From Euglena gracilis (lineage: Eukaryota), in assembly GCA_039621445.1 (NCBI GenBank), contig CP154954.1, positions 14,302,387-14,366,386 of the forward strand: 64,000 bases of DNA, in the 5' to 3' direction. Position 1 is the first letter of the stretch, and each line of letters starts with the position of its first letter. Shown piece by piece: positions 12,455 to 25,900 of this stretch. The translations under genes and the position numbers were made by a program. The notes under the pieces are model-generated. The model was not told the DNA's origin, made no database searches, and was given only the letters and a program-made list of their open reading frames with translations.

Positions 12455-14787
12455 ACCTGACTGCACCTCCAGCGTGCCGGGCCTTCCACGCGCGCTCAGC
12501 CACCGCGAGGTGCTCACTCTCAGGTGGCAAAAGGACCTTTCCTCCCCTGTGGAGAGCCACACAAGACAACAACAAGAAGTGGGTGGTTGGTGTGTGCAAT
12601 TGCACACGTCAACCATTCAAATGTTCAGAAATGTTGACTGTTCCACGATTTCAGGACTGAAGAACTGCATTTTTATACTCAGTTCTTCAGGATGAAACCT
12701 GGAAATGTTGTGTATTTGTTGTTCCAGGGGCTAAGAAATGGTTTTTCACAGCTTCGATTGCTGTTGTTCAAATTTAGGCGTGCAGGCTGGTCCTTTATAT
12801 GTATTTAAATTCTGCAAATACCTCTGAATATGCATACATTTGTAACAATCACATAACCATTTGTGCAATGTACAAACTCATCATTTTTGGCTGGCACATC
12901 CACTGTTCATCATTGCACAAACGGTTGGTGTGCTCATTTGCGTTCACCAAATCGTTCAGTCAATCTCCCAGGTTAATGAGACAACCATTGCAGGTTTCTA
13001 AACACACCTGCTGGATGATGCTGCTGGATGCATCACAATTTTTTTTCCCCCAGGAGCATTTTTGCCCCCAGGAGGGAATCCAACCTCCCCCCTCTGGGGG
13101 TGTCCAAACCCCCCTGCCTACTAATTTCATAACCTGGTCGTCCCCCCCCCCCCCGGTCAGAAACAAAAATAAATGTTTCTGCGACCGCCTCCCTGGTCAC
13201 AGACGAACATTCATGGTCGTTGAACAGGACGGATGGGAAGTTGTTGCGGGTTGAGAAAACGTCGAGATCTGGACGATGATGAACAATGCAACCAATTCCT
13301 AGTGATCACGCTTCTTCATGAGTTTTCACAGTTCAACCCTGGGGGGGGGGGACTGCAGCTTGTCCAAATTTCCCACGAGGGTGGTCCGCAGGTGGGTGGT
13401 GGTTTTGACACAAAACTGAAGAAAATTTTTATTTGACCCCCCAAAATCAAAATTTGCCAAAAATGACCGTTTTGCAATTGAAATGGTAATCGATACCGCT
13501 GACGTTATTGTTTGCTGCGGGGGGCACACCACTTTGCAATCTGAAGTGTGCCACTGGCTGAATGACTCTCCTTCCCAGCCTGCCATAGGGTGGACTCTGG
13601 CCTGAATCGCCCCTGACCGCCTTTAATTTGACCTCCCTGAACCATCAAATGTGCTGATGAGCTACCGCGGGTAGGAGGTTTCGCAGGCGAATTTCCATGA
13701 TTCCAGCAATGATTGTTTTGATTGTTTTGTTCTTGTTCCAATTATCGGGAAGTCGTCAGCTGAATATGAAACAAACATTTCCGCCTGGCCATGCAAAATA
13801 TAACTGCAAGCAAAAGAGCGATATAAAGAAAATCTCAGTAATTCAAACAGAGCCGCCATGGATGCCTTTCAAACCGACGGGGAAAATGAAAATGTGTGTG
13901 AGTATTAAGTGTTTTCTTGAGGACCCCAAAGTCCGGCTGCCAAGGTGCTGGCTGGACCCCCTTTTTCAGCTGAAAAGTTAAGGTAATAACACCCGCCCTC
14001 AAAACACCCGCTCTTCACCGACTTTTTTATATATACCAAATTTCATTTATTTGCATCCAAAACAGATCCCCCAGCCCACCTTCGCCCTGGGCCCTCTCCC
14101 CCCCCCCCCCCCCCCCACCCTCACTCTCCCCCGTTTTTTTGATTGCATTTGCATTTTCATCTTCTGCTGCCCACCTGAGTTGGTCTGAAATGTCTGCTTG
14201 TCTACCCTTCTCCTCCGTCCGCCATGGGGCCCACACAGTCAGACGCCCCCCAGTCTAGTGCGGTGCCCCGAGGCGCCGTCCCCTCACTCGCCACCGCACG
14301 TGTGCCGCATTCTGCCTCGGTCGCCTCCATCCCCAGGGTGGGATGGGCAGCTGGTTTGCCCAGGCGTGGGGATGCCGTTTTCCAGAAAGGGACCATGGAA
14401 GCTGAGGATGGGGGAGCACCGGAGCTCCCCCAGGTTTTCACCTCGCATTTTGCTTTTCGACACCAAGATCAGGCTGTATTGTCGGGTGACGACCCCACCC
14501 GGGGGGGGGGTGCCTGTCTGGGCACTCCAAGGCACCCCAAATCTGACCTGAGTTTCGAAGGCTTTTCCAAAGTTTCCAATGCCCCCCACCGGGATCTGTG
14601 AAAACTGTCGGGGCGCCAGCAAAATTTTGTTGTGTTTCATTTTTTTTATATAAAAATGTTTAAGCCGTTCGCTTTTGGCGTCCCATGCTTTGCCGGAGCT
14701 GCCGGCCCACCCTGGCGGTGTCTTCCTCCCGCCGTTGTGCCTCTGCCACTTGGCCGGGACGCTCCCCCCTCCGGTCTGCACCGCCAG

Positions 14788-15094
14788 CAAGCTCCTACAG
14801 TAAAAATGGCCGAAAATGAAAAAAAAAGTTTCTTTGGTGGATTCTGGTTGAAGTTGATCTACTCTCAGAAAAAAGAAGCCTATTCCCAAAAACCTTGCAT
14901 TTGCATATTGTAACAAAAACTCTTTGAATCTTTTTAATCCCTGAGCACCAAACGTGCTTGGATGTGTTTACATGATTGATCAAATGCATTGTTGGCATGC
15001 AGGGATTTAAAGGTAACTTTACCCCCACCTATAGGAAAAAATCGCCGAAAATGGCCGAAAATGGCAAAATTCTGGGGTCAACTGTAGGTGCTTT
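14788..15094 (+). mobile_element. Duplicate of the 12148-12454 element, copied by the tandem duplication
   Basis: CAAGCTCCTACAGT ... ACTGTAGGTGCTT at the same relative position. Confidence 0.7.
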
Positions 15095-18000
15095 ACCTGA
15101 CTGCACCTCCAGCGTGCCGGGCCTTCCACGCGCTCAGCCACCGCGAGGTGCTCACTCTCAGGTGGCAAAAGGACCTTTCCTCCCCTGTGGAGAGCCACAC
15201 AAGACAACAACAAGAAGTGGGTGGTTGGTGTGTGCAATTGCACACGTCAACCATTCAAATGTTCAGAAATGTTGACTGTTCCACAATTTCAGGACTGAAG
15301 AACTGCATTTTTATACTCAGTTCTTCAGGATGAAACCTGGAAATGTTGTGTATTTGTTGTTCCAGGGGCTAAGAAATGGTTTTTCACAGCTTCGATTGCT
15401 GTTGTTCAAATTTAGGCGTGCAGGCTGGTCCTTTATATCTATTTAAATTCTGCAAATACCTCTGAATATGCATACATTTGTAACAATCACATAACCATTT
15501 GTACAATGTACAAACTCATCATTTTTGGCTGGCGCATCCACTGTTCATCATTGCACAAACGGTTGGTGAGCACATTTGCGTTCACCAAATCGTTCAGTCA
15601 ATATCCCAGGTTAATGAGACAACCATTGCAGGTTTCTAAACACACCTGCTGGATGTTGGTGTACGTTTTGACTAAAAATATAGGAAAACGCGATTTTTGG
15701 GCCTTTTTCAAGTCCCAAAATTTTCCCGCACATTTTTTCCCCCAGGAGCATTTTTGCCCCCAGGAGAGAATCCAACCTCCCCCCTCTGGAGGTGTCCAAA
15801 CCACCCTGCCTACTAACTAATTTCATAACCTGGTCGCCCCCCCCCCCCGGTCAGAAACAAAAACAAATGTTTCTGCGACCGCCTCCCTGGTCACAGACGA
15901 ACAGTCATGGTCGTTGAACAGGAGGGATGGGAAGTTGTTGCGGGTTGAGAAAACGTCGAGGTCTGGACGATGATGAACAATGCAACCAATTCCTAATGAT
16001 CACGCTTCTTCATGAGTTTTCACAGTTCAACCCTGGGGGGGGGGGGACTGCAGCTAGTCCAAATTTCCCACGAGGGCGGTCCGCAGGTGGGTGGTGGTTT
16101 TGATACAAAACTGAAGAAAATTTTTATTTGACCCCCCAAAATCAAAATTTGCCAAAAATGACCGGTTTGCAATTTTTGGAATCTTTCTTAAAAGAAAACC
16201 AGCCAAGAAACGAACTCACCAAAAACCCATTTCCATTGTGTGTGTGTGTGCGCACGTGTTTATGGTTGTGTGCAAATTGTCCCATCATGCTGACTTTTCA
16301 TATTGGCATTCGAATTCACTCCACCGGTCCTGGACTTTTTCACCTGCACTTCTGACCCAGGTTTTCAGAAAACATTTTGTTCCACCCTACTTGTTATATG
16401 TGTTATAGAAGGAGAACGCTTCCTTCCTTCGCACCTCATTCGTTGCACTGCAGCCACTTTCACCGTGCCATGCCTTTGCCTGTGGTCACGGAGGGTGCGT
16501 TGTTTGTGGATGTCTGTGCAGTGTCAACTGAACTGCACTCCAACCCTCTCCACTGGTGAGAGTGTATTCAAAACGTGGCTTTTGCTTTTGTCGTTTGTTT
16601 GACTGTTGTTGTTTTGTTTGACCCTCTGTTTGTGCGTTGCTTACCCCCCCCCATGTGTAATGAACCCCCTTACCGAGTGAACAGGGGGTCCGAACCTTCC
16701 AGGTTCAGGCATGTGCCGTCACTGCTTGACGGGGCAACTTATCGGAAGTTTTGGCACAATGCTGCTTTCGGCATGGCCCCATTCCAACCCGTCATGGAAC
16801 CACGCAACCTGCTGAAGAGTCCCCCACTGTCTGAATCTTTTGTTGAACACTTGTTGCATTTTTCTCCACATCAAAATGCATTACACGTCGTGTTTTAAGT
16901 TTTTGTCCCCCAAACATCCACTCCTATCGACAGAAGTGATTCTTTTGCATTTCCAACTCAGGCAAATTATTTTTGATGTGAAGTGAAGTGGGATCGGCTT
17001 CCCCCTCAGGTCTCCCAATCTCCCCTCGGGTTTCCAGTCCCCCCCCCACACTGTCTGTGGAAACTGATGGGGCGACACCAAATTTTGTGGTGTTTGGAAA
17101 TGAAATGTCGAAGTTTTCAAGTCCCAAAATTTTCCTGCACATTTTTTTCCCCCAGGTGCATTTTTGCCCCCAGGAGAGAATCCAACCTCCCCCCTGAACA
17201 GGGGGGGTCCGAACCTTCCAGTTTGTCAGCTTTCATAGCATAGAAAATTCCCTGACACCCGCGCTCAAAGAATTTACCCAATTCGGACTCTCCAGATTTT
17301 ACTTTGGTGTCTAATCAGCTTGGGGAGGGGGGAAAATACATGAAATAAAAATTAACCTGCGTTTTATGGATTCCAGACCATTTCACATTCCCTCATTGGA
17401 AAGTGGTCAACCAACGATGGTGGGTCATAAATTGTCACTGCGTGACAGGACAAGGCATCGGAATATTGGCACAAGGCTGGCCCCTTTCCAACCCATTTGG
17501 AACCATGCAACGTGCTGTAGCGTCCCCAATGGCTGCATCATTCGTTGAACATTATTATGCTCCTGCAACTTTGTATTTTGGTGGGATTTCAAGACCCTCA
17601 AGGGGGGGGACTTTACAGAATTTACAAGTTTCGGGGGGGGGGAGTCAAGCTTACCTGGGTGACCCATGCAAGATTTGCTGTGTATTCCTATTTTCCTCAA
17701 TAATGTGCATTTTTTCGGAAACGGACGTTCTCTGATGAAAATGGTGTATCCACCCGAAATTTTTTCAACTTTCTTCTGGGGCACTCCATTGAGGGGCTTC
17801 GTGTTTTTTGGGGTATTTTGGGGGTTTTGCAATATTTTTGTGTACGACTTCCTGAATTTCTGGGACAAAGAGGGGGTTGGCTTTCAGAATTTGAAAGTAG
17901 CAAGTTTGACTGATTCAGCCTGCGTCCATCAACCAATCGCCCCGCTGGCACCTAATTGTACAGCTTCCCACGCTATCCCCTGCTTCGAGCCCAGGCTTCT

Positions 18001-18463
18001 GCAGTTGCGCTGAAATGCTTTATTGGTGAGAAGGGAAGGAATGGGGGACAAGCGCCTGGGGGTGGTGGGGAGCTCCCCTCACCATGTTCAAAAACTACGA
18101 CATGTGCGCAGAATCGGCACATTACCCACGCCGGGGGGGGGGGGCGCAAGCGCCGGGGTGAGTGGAATCCAGACCAAAGCTCGGTGTGCTTCGGAGAAAA
18201 GAAACGGAAGCCTTTTTTTCCGCAGAAGTCTCTCCCCATTCCTTTTGGAGTCGCTCCATGGAAGCCGTGCGGCAAGCTTGCCACCATTGAGGTGTTGAAG
18301 TGGCGCAAGTCGAGCCCCGCTTCATCTTGCAGCCCCGAAGCTGGTTGTTGCTGGCCCAGGGTGAGGGTGAGGTAATGCGGACTGCCCTGAACCTGAGGTC
18401 TCGGTGTTTGAAGGCAGAACTTTTTGCAAAATGATTTGGGTCCCAGAAAATCCTCATTTTTGG

Positions 18464-18554
18464 TTACCTGGAGCCTACAGGGAGGCTTCAGGGAGGCTGG
18501 TTACCTGAGCCTTCCTGGAGCCTCCCTGAGCCTCCCTGGAGCCTCCGGCAGGTA
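18464..18554. mobile_element. Short TA-flanked MITE built from GGAGCCTCCCT units
   Basis: TA-CCTG...CAGG-TA ends. The same family recurs at 20180-20381. Confidence 0.5.
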
Positions 18555-19364
18555 AGTTATTTTGTACATAGGCCATGTTCGACCCTCAACCCCTCTGCAT
18601 CCGCACACAACTCACGTTTGCCCATTTGCTATTTACACCATGACCGCCGATGGCAGAATTGGTTGAAACATTTATCCATTCGCCACAAAGACGCCATGTC
18701 CGCGTAATTTTGCTTTTACCGTTTACCCGTTTGCTATTTACGCCTTGTCCGCCAAATTTTGTCCACACAAAAGGATGTTGTTATTGGGGAGCTGGGGAGG
18801 GGGGAGTGGGGTAGGGGAGAGAGGGGAAGGGGGAGGGGGGAGGGGAGGTCCGGGGGGTGGGGGGGCGGGGGGAGGGGGCCTGTGGCCCCCTCCCCCCGCC
18901 CCCTTTTCGCCTCCCCCGCCTCCCCCCGCCCCCCCCCCGGGCACAGCCAAATGAACACCATTTTGGATTTCACGTGACCCTTTTTTTGCACGGCAAATAA
19001 TTTAGGTACAATTCTGGCCGGATAAATTCATTTTCGGTTTCAATTAAGCTCTATGTTGCGTCCCAGCCTCCCATTACACCCATTTTTGCTTTTTTGGCAA
19101 ACGGTTTATTTTTTTTTTGCTAATTTGGGCTATTTTGCATTGATTTGGGCAAATATTGGGCCAATTTGGGTCAATATGAACAATGTTATGGCATTTTTGG
19201 TCATTTTGTGCCATTTTGGTGATTTTGGGTATTTTTTGGATTTTTGTAAAAATTTTGTGGATATTGTTGGCATTTTTGGGCTATTTGGGTTATTTGAAGC
19301 TATTTTAGGTCGTTTGGTTGCTCTTTGGGGCTTTTGTGGTCATTTTGGCTCGGTTGTGAGCCAG

Positions 19365-20010
19365 TGGATGCAGGCATCAGGCAAGATGCAGACATGGACA
19401 AGGTGCAGATGCTGGACAAGATGCAGACACTGGACAAGATGCCGTGGATGCAGATGCTGGACAAGATGCAGACGATGGACAAAATGCAGACGCTGGACAA
19501 GATGCAGTGGTTGCAGATGCTGGACAAGATGCAGACGCTGGACAAGATGCAGACGCTGGACAAGATGCAGATGCTGGACAAGATGCAGATGCTGGAAAAG
19601 ATGCAGTGGTTGCAGATGCTGGACAAGATGCAGATGCTGAACAAAATGAAGACGCTGGACAAGATGCAGATGCTGGACAAGATGCAGTGGCTGCAGATGA
19701 TGAACAGGATGCAAATTCCAGACAAGATGCAGTGGACACAGATACTGGACGAGATGCAGATGTTGGACAAGATGTAGATGCTGGACAAGTTGTAGATGTT
19801 GGACAAAAGAGGACAATATTGGACAACATGCAATGGTTGAAGATATTGGACAACATGCAATGGATGCAGGTACTGGACAAGGTGTAGATACTGGACAAGG
19901 TGCAGAGACCACACAACATGCAAATACGGGACAAGATGTTGACATTTGACAAGATTCAGACAACGGACAAGATTCAAATGCTAGTCAAGATGCAGATGTT
20001 GTCCAGATGT
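19365..20010 (+). repeat. Minisatellite of 18/27-nt units (GATGCAGATGCTGGACAA), degenerating towards the 3' end
   Basis: Directly visible tandem units. All unit lengths are multiples of 9, giving open frames such as (DADAGQ)n and (MQMLDK)n. Confidence 0.92.
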
Positions 20011-20179
20011 TTCACATCTCTTCTTCTTGTGCCTCGCTGTGCCTGCATTATCCCATTATCCTTGTCACATCCCCGGCGAGAAACTGCTGATTCATGCATT
20101 CTGAGTCTACAACACCACAGATTGCATCACGGCACAACACCTGTCCCACTGTCGTCCGGTGCACAAAAACTCGTTACCC

Positions 20180-20381
20180 CAACCTCCCTGGAGCCTCTAT
20201 GGAGGCTCCCTGGAGGCTGGTTATCTGAGCCGCCCTGGAGCCTCCCGGAGGCTCCCTAAAAGGGAGCCTCCCTGGAGGCTGGTTATCTGAGCCTCCCTGG
20301 AGCCTCCCTGGAGCCTCCATGGAGCCTCCAGGGAGCCTCCCCGGAGCCTCCCTGGAGCCTCCCCGGAGCCTCCGGCAGGTA
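20180..20381. mobile_element. MITE-like element of GGAGCCTCCCT units, same family as 18464-18554
   Basis: Same ggaggctggtta.ctgagcc core and same ...gcctccggcaggta end. Confidence 0.5.
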
Positions 20382-20489
20382 CCCTCCAGGGCAGGATTCT
20401 ATTTTTGCGGTGCACCCAAATGAAACGCAAAGTTACAATCATTTTCAAAGCCATGTGCGAGTTAGGCGGCCTAAGACAGCGAAACCTTG

Positions 20490-21320
20490 TGTTTGATTCT
20501 TTTCCAATAAAAATGGTGATACTGCGGCTCGTTTGTTTCATCCTATTGTGGGCTGGTGCCGCCAGCCCACCCTGGCAGTCTCTTCCTTCCACCGTCGTGC
20601 CTCTGCCATTGGCCGATACGCTTCCCCCTCCGGTCTGCACCGCCAGCGCTGATTGCACCTCCAGCGCGCCGGGCCTTTCTTCCCCTGGACTGACCCCGTG
20701 TGGAAAGCCGTGCAAGACAACTGTTTGCACGTCGCTTTCTTTTGCTCTTTGCCATGAGCAGGTATTATTATTATTGTGTATTTTTTTCGAAATTTTGAGG
20801 CATTTTAAGACATTTTTTTGAAGACTTTTTATGGCATTTTAAGGTGTTGTTTTCCAGGGTGGTCCAAGGGTTATCGAACCAATGTTTTTGATTTTGAATG
20901 TTCCCCAAAATCAAAACGTCAAAAAACACTTTTATTTGAGTTTTAGGACAGTAATATTCAAGCGATGCCAGAAATATTTTTTTTATTCCAAGATTTGGCT
21001 CGTTTTTGGCTATATTTTGCTCTTTGATACTTGTTTGGTTGGAGAAAATCCTGCCAGTCCAAACTGTTTAAGGCATTTCAGACATTTTCAAGATTTTTCA
21101 GATTTTGGCAACATATTTTCAGGCGCTTTTTAAGGCATTTTAGGTTTTTAAGGCGCCTTAAAAATAATAATGTCTGGCCAGGAGGGGGTTGCAGGTGGAC
21201 AGGGCCAGCTAGACGAGATCAATAAGACAGGAAACACCACAGCAAGCCCCATGAAAAAAAAATAGCCACCCAATGTAATCAACCATTTTGTGAGTAACCC
21301 CCAAGTTTCAGCAACATTTC
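20490..21320 (+). mobile_element. Family A distal fragment
   Basis: Colinear with ~51450-52110 (cccaccctggc, gaccccgtgtggaaagccgtgcaagacaac, ggtggtccaaggg, ctggccaggaggg). Confidence 0.75.
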
Positions 21321-22283
21321 GAACTATATTTTGGCCCGACACCCAAATCCAAGCAAACCCCAAACAGAAGGAACCCCTGGCCTGATGCTATGAAGATAAT
21401 TTTCATGAAAATTGCATTGGAACGGCTGAAAGAAGCATTCTTTAAATTTGGGCAACCCCCAAATTTAAATCACCCTAAGCCTTTTTTCGGAAACAAAATA
21501 TAGGTGACTGAACTGCTTATATTTTTGGGGATTTTGCAATCACAGCAGGTATTTTCCAAGGGACAGGCATTCCTTTCTAAGACAGAACGTGTCATTGGTT
21601 GCCCCTGTCAGGAACACCCAAAACCTTGCTGTGTTTTGAACAGGGAGGTGTTTTCGTGTTGGTTCAGGTGAGGTGTCTCTCCCCTGAAGCACCCCCCAAG
21701 GCTTTTTGTCCCCCTCCTCCTTACATGCACGCCTCCCTCTGTCACCCCTTGGACCCGTGTTTTAACATTCTAGCTTTTTTGTGCAAGGCCCAACAAAATC
21801 CTTAACAATACAGATTTGGCCGCTTAAGATTGACCCTGGCCCCTCCCTTCATTTGTGCCCAGGCAAAGCGCCGGGTGGGGGGGGAGGTTATGTGCAGAAA
21901 ACACTGCAATTTTGACAAGGGGGAGTGCAAATTTTTACACTGCGATGGTTTACATTTTTTTTGCAGAATCCAAAATCGTAATAATTTAATTTTTTGCATC
22001 TTTTTTCGACTTTTTTTTGTGCACGCGACAAAATGAAGTTGCATAAAACATATTTTTAGATCAATTCCATCAGCAGTAATTGCATAAGAATGCAATTGGG
22101 CAAACCAACAATATCTTTTTTCAAATTCGCGTCACGTGTTCTTTTGTTGCAGCATTTTTGGTGTTTATTTGATTGCTTTTTTTGAAGAAAAAAATTGCAA
22201 TAAAATGTCCTTGTTTTTTTTTGTGTCCTTGAAGAGAAAAGTGCAAATCATTGTCCGAAAATGCACCGTGTTCGCATATGGTA

Positions 22284-22495
22284 CCCCCCCCCCCCTAGTC
22301 GTACGACCACCCCTCATTTACGACCACCCCCCGATCACAGGTTGCAGGTTACAAAATTTTCACACCACTTCACCTATGACCGCCCCCGCATTTACGACCA
22401 CCCCCCGATCACAGGTTGCAGGTTATGGGGGTGTTACGACCACCCCCCCCCCGGTCACAGGTTGCAGGAACCCGGTCGTACAACTAGGGGGGGGG
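22284..22495. mobile_element. TA-flanked MITE (Tc1/mariner-type)
   Basis: TIR C(n)TAGTCGTACGACC / GGTCGTACAACTAG(n), flanked by TA on both sides (ATGG also repeats just outside). Internal tcacaggttgcagg repeats. Confidence 0.75.
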
Positions 22496-22979
22496 TAATG
22501 GCTGGTTTGCAGCATTTACACACACCAATCACCCAAAGACACCAGCAATATTTGCGTCCTGTCCCTGAGACTTTTTACGTCCGAATGGGAACAGGGGGAT
22601 GAGCATCTCAGGGGGGGGGGGGCTGCCCCCCCCAAGCTGTCCCCATCTCTGATGCGGGAAAGCCCAAAAGGGGTTATTTTTGTCAACTTTTTTGGATTTT
22701 CGCAAAAAAAAAGGTCAATTTCAAGCACATTTGCCAAAAAGTGATGTTTGAAACTTTCCAAAAAAGGTCAATTTTGAACACTGTTCCAGCCTCTTGGCTG
22801 AACCCCCCGGGTGTTCATTTATCATCCCCTGATTCAGTTGTTTTGCCATTAGCTTTGCTTTTTTTTTTTGCTATTTTCATTTAGGTGGCTCGTTGGCCCC
22901 CTAAAGACCATGGCGTCTACATCGCTGTCCTGAAGTTTGCCCCTTGGTCTATTGTGGCCAACACGAACACAAGAAGAGA

Positions 22980-25900
22980 GCATTTAACCTCATCCCAGAC
23001 TTAGACAGCATTTGCAACGTTCCATCCGCCCCCACCCCCTCCTTTTCCCAGGTTAGCCATACTTTCAACAAAATGCTCTCCTCTCTGTCGCTGCCCTGCG
23101 GTGCCGATGTGCGGGTTGAGTGGACGGGCTCCAGAGCGGCTCGGACGGCGTGCAGGCGATTGCCGTGTTTAACCGATGGTTGGAGTGGTATTAATCTTCC
23201 CTGGATGGGTATGCTTTTTATGGTTGCATTGGATTGCATACAATTTGGTAATATATGGCAAAATAGTACGCAGACTCGGCGACCGTGTTTTTGCATGGAT
23301 CTGCTGCACGCCATTGTCAAGTGCTTCCACCAGAGAGTGATTTGCAGAAATACATACAGATACTCAGGTCAACAATAAGCATTTTTTTTTCAGTTTCATG
23401 TCTTTTTTTTACCCTGGAAATTTTATCTTCTTGAAAAGTGCTATAACAGTGAGTTATTCCCGACCCCACTTTGGGAATAGCTCGGACGGGGGGGGGGGCT
23501 GCTCGGGAGGAGCTCCTGTTGGGGGAGCATTGTTGTTGCTTCAAAAGCATTTTTTTGATTTGTGTATTCTGGCTTTTCAATTTTTCGAATTCTGTTTTTG
23601 GTAATATGATAAATTTTAATTATTTTGGCAGTTGTGTTTCATTACAATTCAGTTCAGGGCGTTGCTTAATAAAGTTTGACCCCTCGAAGGGTCCAGCCAG
23701 CCAGCAGCCTTTTCCTTGCAGCCTTTTTCCAGCCCCGGACCTCTTTTCCCCCATCAATGAAACGTTAACTTACTTTTAGATTTACTGAATTAGGCTAAAA
23801 TGGGTCGGAAAAAAGTTGTCCAGGCTCAGCTCCAGCCCAGGACCGTCAGCCTGCAGCCTTTTTCCAGCCAGCCCAAATTGTTGTTGTCGTTTGGGTGAAG
23901 CTGTTTGGGGGCACCATTGGCCTAGTCGGCCCGACCAGGGCAGACTGAAGTCAACCAGGGCAGGGGGGGAGACGCTGCAGGGGGGTGGAAAATATGCACC
24001 GTGCAGTTTTTGCAGTTTTTTGCAGTTTTCACGTTTTGGGTTTTTTGCAGTTTTTTGCAGTTTTTTGCAGTTTTTTTTTTCTTAAAAAACTGCACACGTG
24101 CAGTTTTTTTGCTTTTTTTTTTGATCCAGTTTTGAAGCAACCTGAGATGTTTATTTTGTTGTTTTGGTGACAAGTCCACAATTAAACCCCACCCACTTAT
24201 GGACCCCCCAGGGTTTATAGGATCCGTCCCCTTCCTCGGCGGACGTGGACGTCCTGTCCGATGGCAGCGATGATGAGCTGGTGGATGGGGTGTCAAAGAC
24301 TGAGGAGAGAGGGTGACAAAATTGCGCCTCATCCAAAAGACATCTCAATTTGCTGGACAGCACGCTCTGCCGTCGTCATTCGAGGTGCATGAGTGGGTGG
24401 ACCGATGGATGAAAGCAGGTTGGCTTTTTTGCTTTTTTGAACCATTTATGATGCTACTGTTGGTCACTGTTGGTCATTTTTTTGGGCATTGTTTTGCAAT
24501 TTCAACAATATTTCAAATTTGAACCTTTTTTTTCAGCCATTTCTTTTGACCTTTTTTTGATTTTTGCTTGCGGTGGTTGCAGTATGGTGGCATGGAGTGC
24601 CGCTCGTGGTGCATTTGCGGCACCATGCGGTGCACGAAACATGTGTCACACGCATTGCTGAAGCGTCCCCACCGCCAAATATGAAAAAATTCATCTAATT
24701 TGTTGTTAGTGAGTGTGAAGCTTTTCTGCCCTGTTCCTTATCCCACTCACCATTCTCTGATTTCTTGTTGACACTGCAAGTGAATCTTGTGAAGGGAATA
24801 AGCCTGCTGGTGTTTGAAACAGTAGTGCTGTATATCTAAAAAGTATTGCTGAATATCGATGAATTTAAAATGATGGCATTGTTGATCAGGAAGAGCCTCT
24901 GTTACAGGGCGGTGCAGAAAATGTGTCAAGTGTCAAGAAGATGCTGTGAGGAGAATGCAAAGATAAAAACATGATTGAAAAAAAATGCAGCTATTTGGGT
25001 CTCTGGTTTCTTCCATTCTGACGTTCAGAAAGCCAAAAAAAAGGAGATGTGGCCAACAAAACTGAATTTGTCTCACGGTCATGTAGAAAAAGCATTCGTT
25101 TTGTGCTTGAAGCAGGGATTGTCTTACATACAATATGCCTGTGATTTGTAAACCATCAAGACAGTGCTGGTTGAAGCCATTTCTTGGTGGTAATAGAGTG
25201 GTAATAGAGTGGGAACACACGGACACCAAGATGGCTTGCTCAGATGGACCAAAAAAACAACAAGTTTTGAAGGATGGGTTAATTTGTTTTCAAATTCAAT
25301 TTGCCAAAATTCTTTGAAAGTTGTTGGAAAAAATGACTCACCGTGGTAAAATGGCAAATTGGCAAAATGGGCTAAAATTGAACTCTGGGGATAAATCCTT
25401 CCTTCAAATCTTTTTTCCAGAAATTATATTCATGAAAATTTGACAGTTGGGTTTGTTGTTCTTGAAGCTGGAAAAACAGTGCTGGCTGGACTCCCTGGAG
25501 GGTGGGGGTCCAGGGCGGTGGGTCTAAATCAGATGCCGGTCTGGACCGGTCTGCACCCGAAAGGAGACAAAAAAGCCCAAAGCCATCTGCCTTGGGTTTT
25601 TTTCCAGCCAGTTTATTGATTTAGGCGGCGTAAATTGCCCAAAATTTCTGACGCTCTGTAAACAGCAGAGGAAGCGGAAATCCGCTTCCAAAAAGGGGCC
25701 GTTTTTTTAAGTTTTTTAACAGGTCCCGATTTCGGCCAATTTCAATGAACGTTTGGTTTGCAGTAACAAAGTCCTATAAAGTCGAAAATGCACCGGAAAT
25801 GACCCATTTTTTTTCAAATTGTATGAAAATGAACGAAATCGGTAGGGAAAATACAAAAACAAAAGGAGAGTTCAGATCCACACCTGGTTTCTGCTGTCGT

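Larger units (their letters stand above)
10836..16172 (+). repeat. Recent tandem duplication of ~2.65 kb (about 10836-13478 and 13479-16172)
   Basis: The copies are near-identical, e.g. ORFs 11055..11339 and 13697..13981 differ at 2 residues. The junction lies at GCA(A)TT microhomology. Confidence 0.93.
10148..18365 (+). mobile_element. Family A array 1: head-to-tail decayed copies of a putative intron-containing hAT transposase element
   Basis: Modules recur in the same order at 40270-52110. hAT-like motifs: LLDGAT (~16722), FVYDFLNFWDKEGVGFQNLKVASLTDSACVH (ORF 17666..18013), EVCHWLNDSPSQ (10901-10936), IQTEPPWM (ORF 11055..11339). Several modules end in G|GTGAG donor-like sites. Confidence 0.6.

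Noticed and set aside
19365-20010. CRISPR-like periodicity
   Set aside because: Units are contiguous with no unique spacers, there are no cas genes, and the context is eukaryotic.
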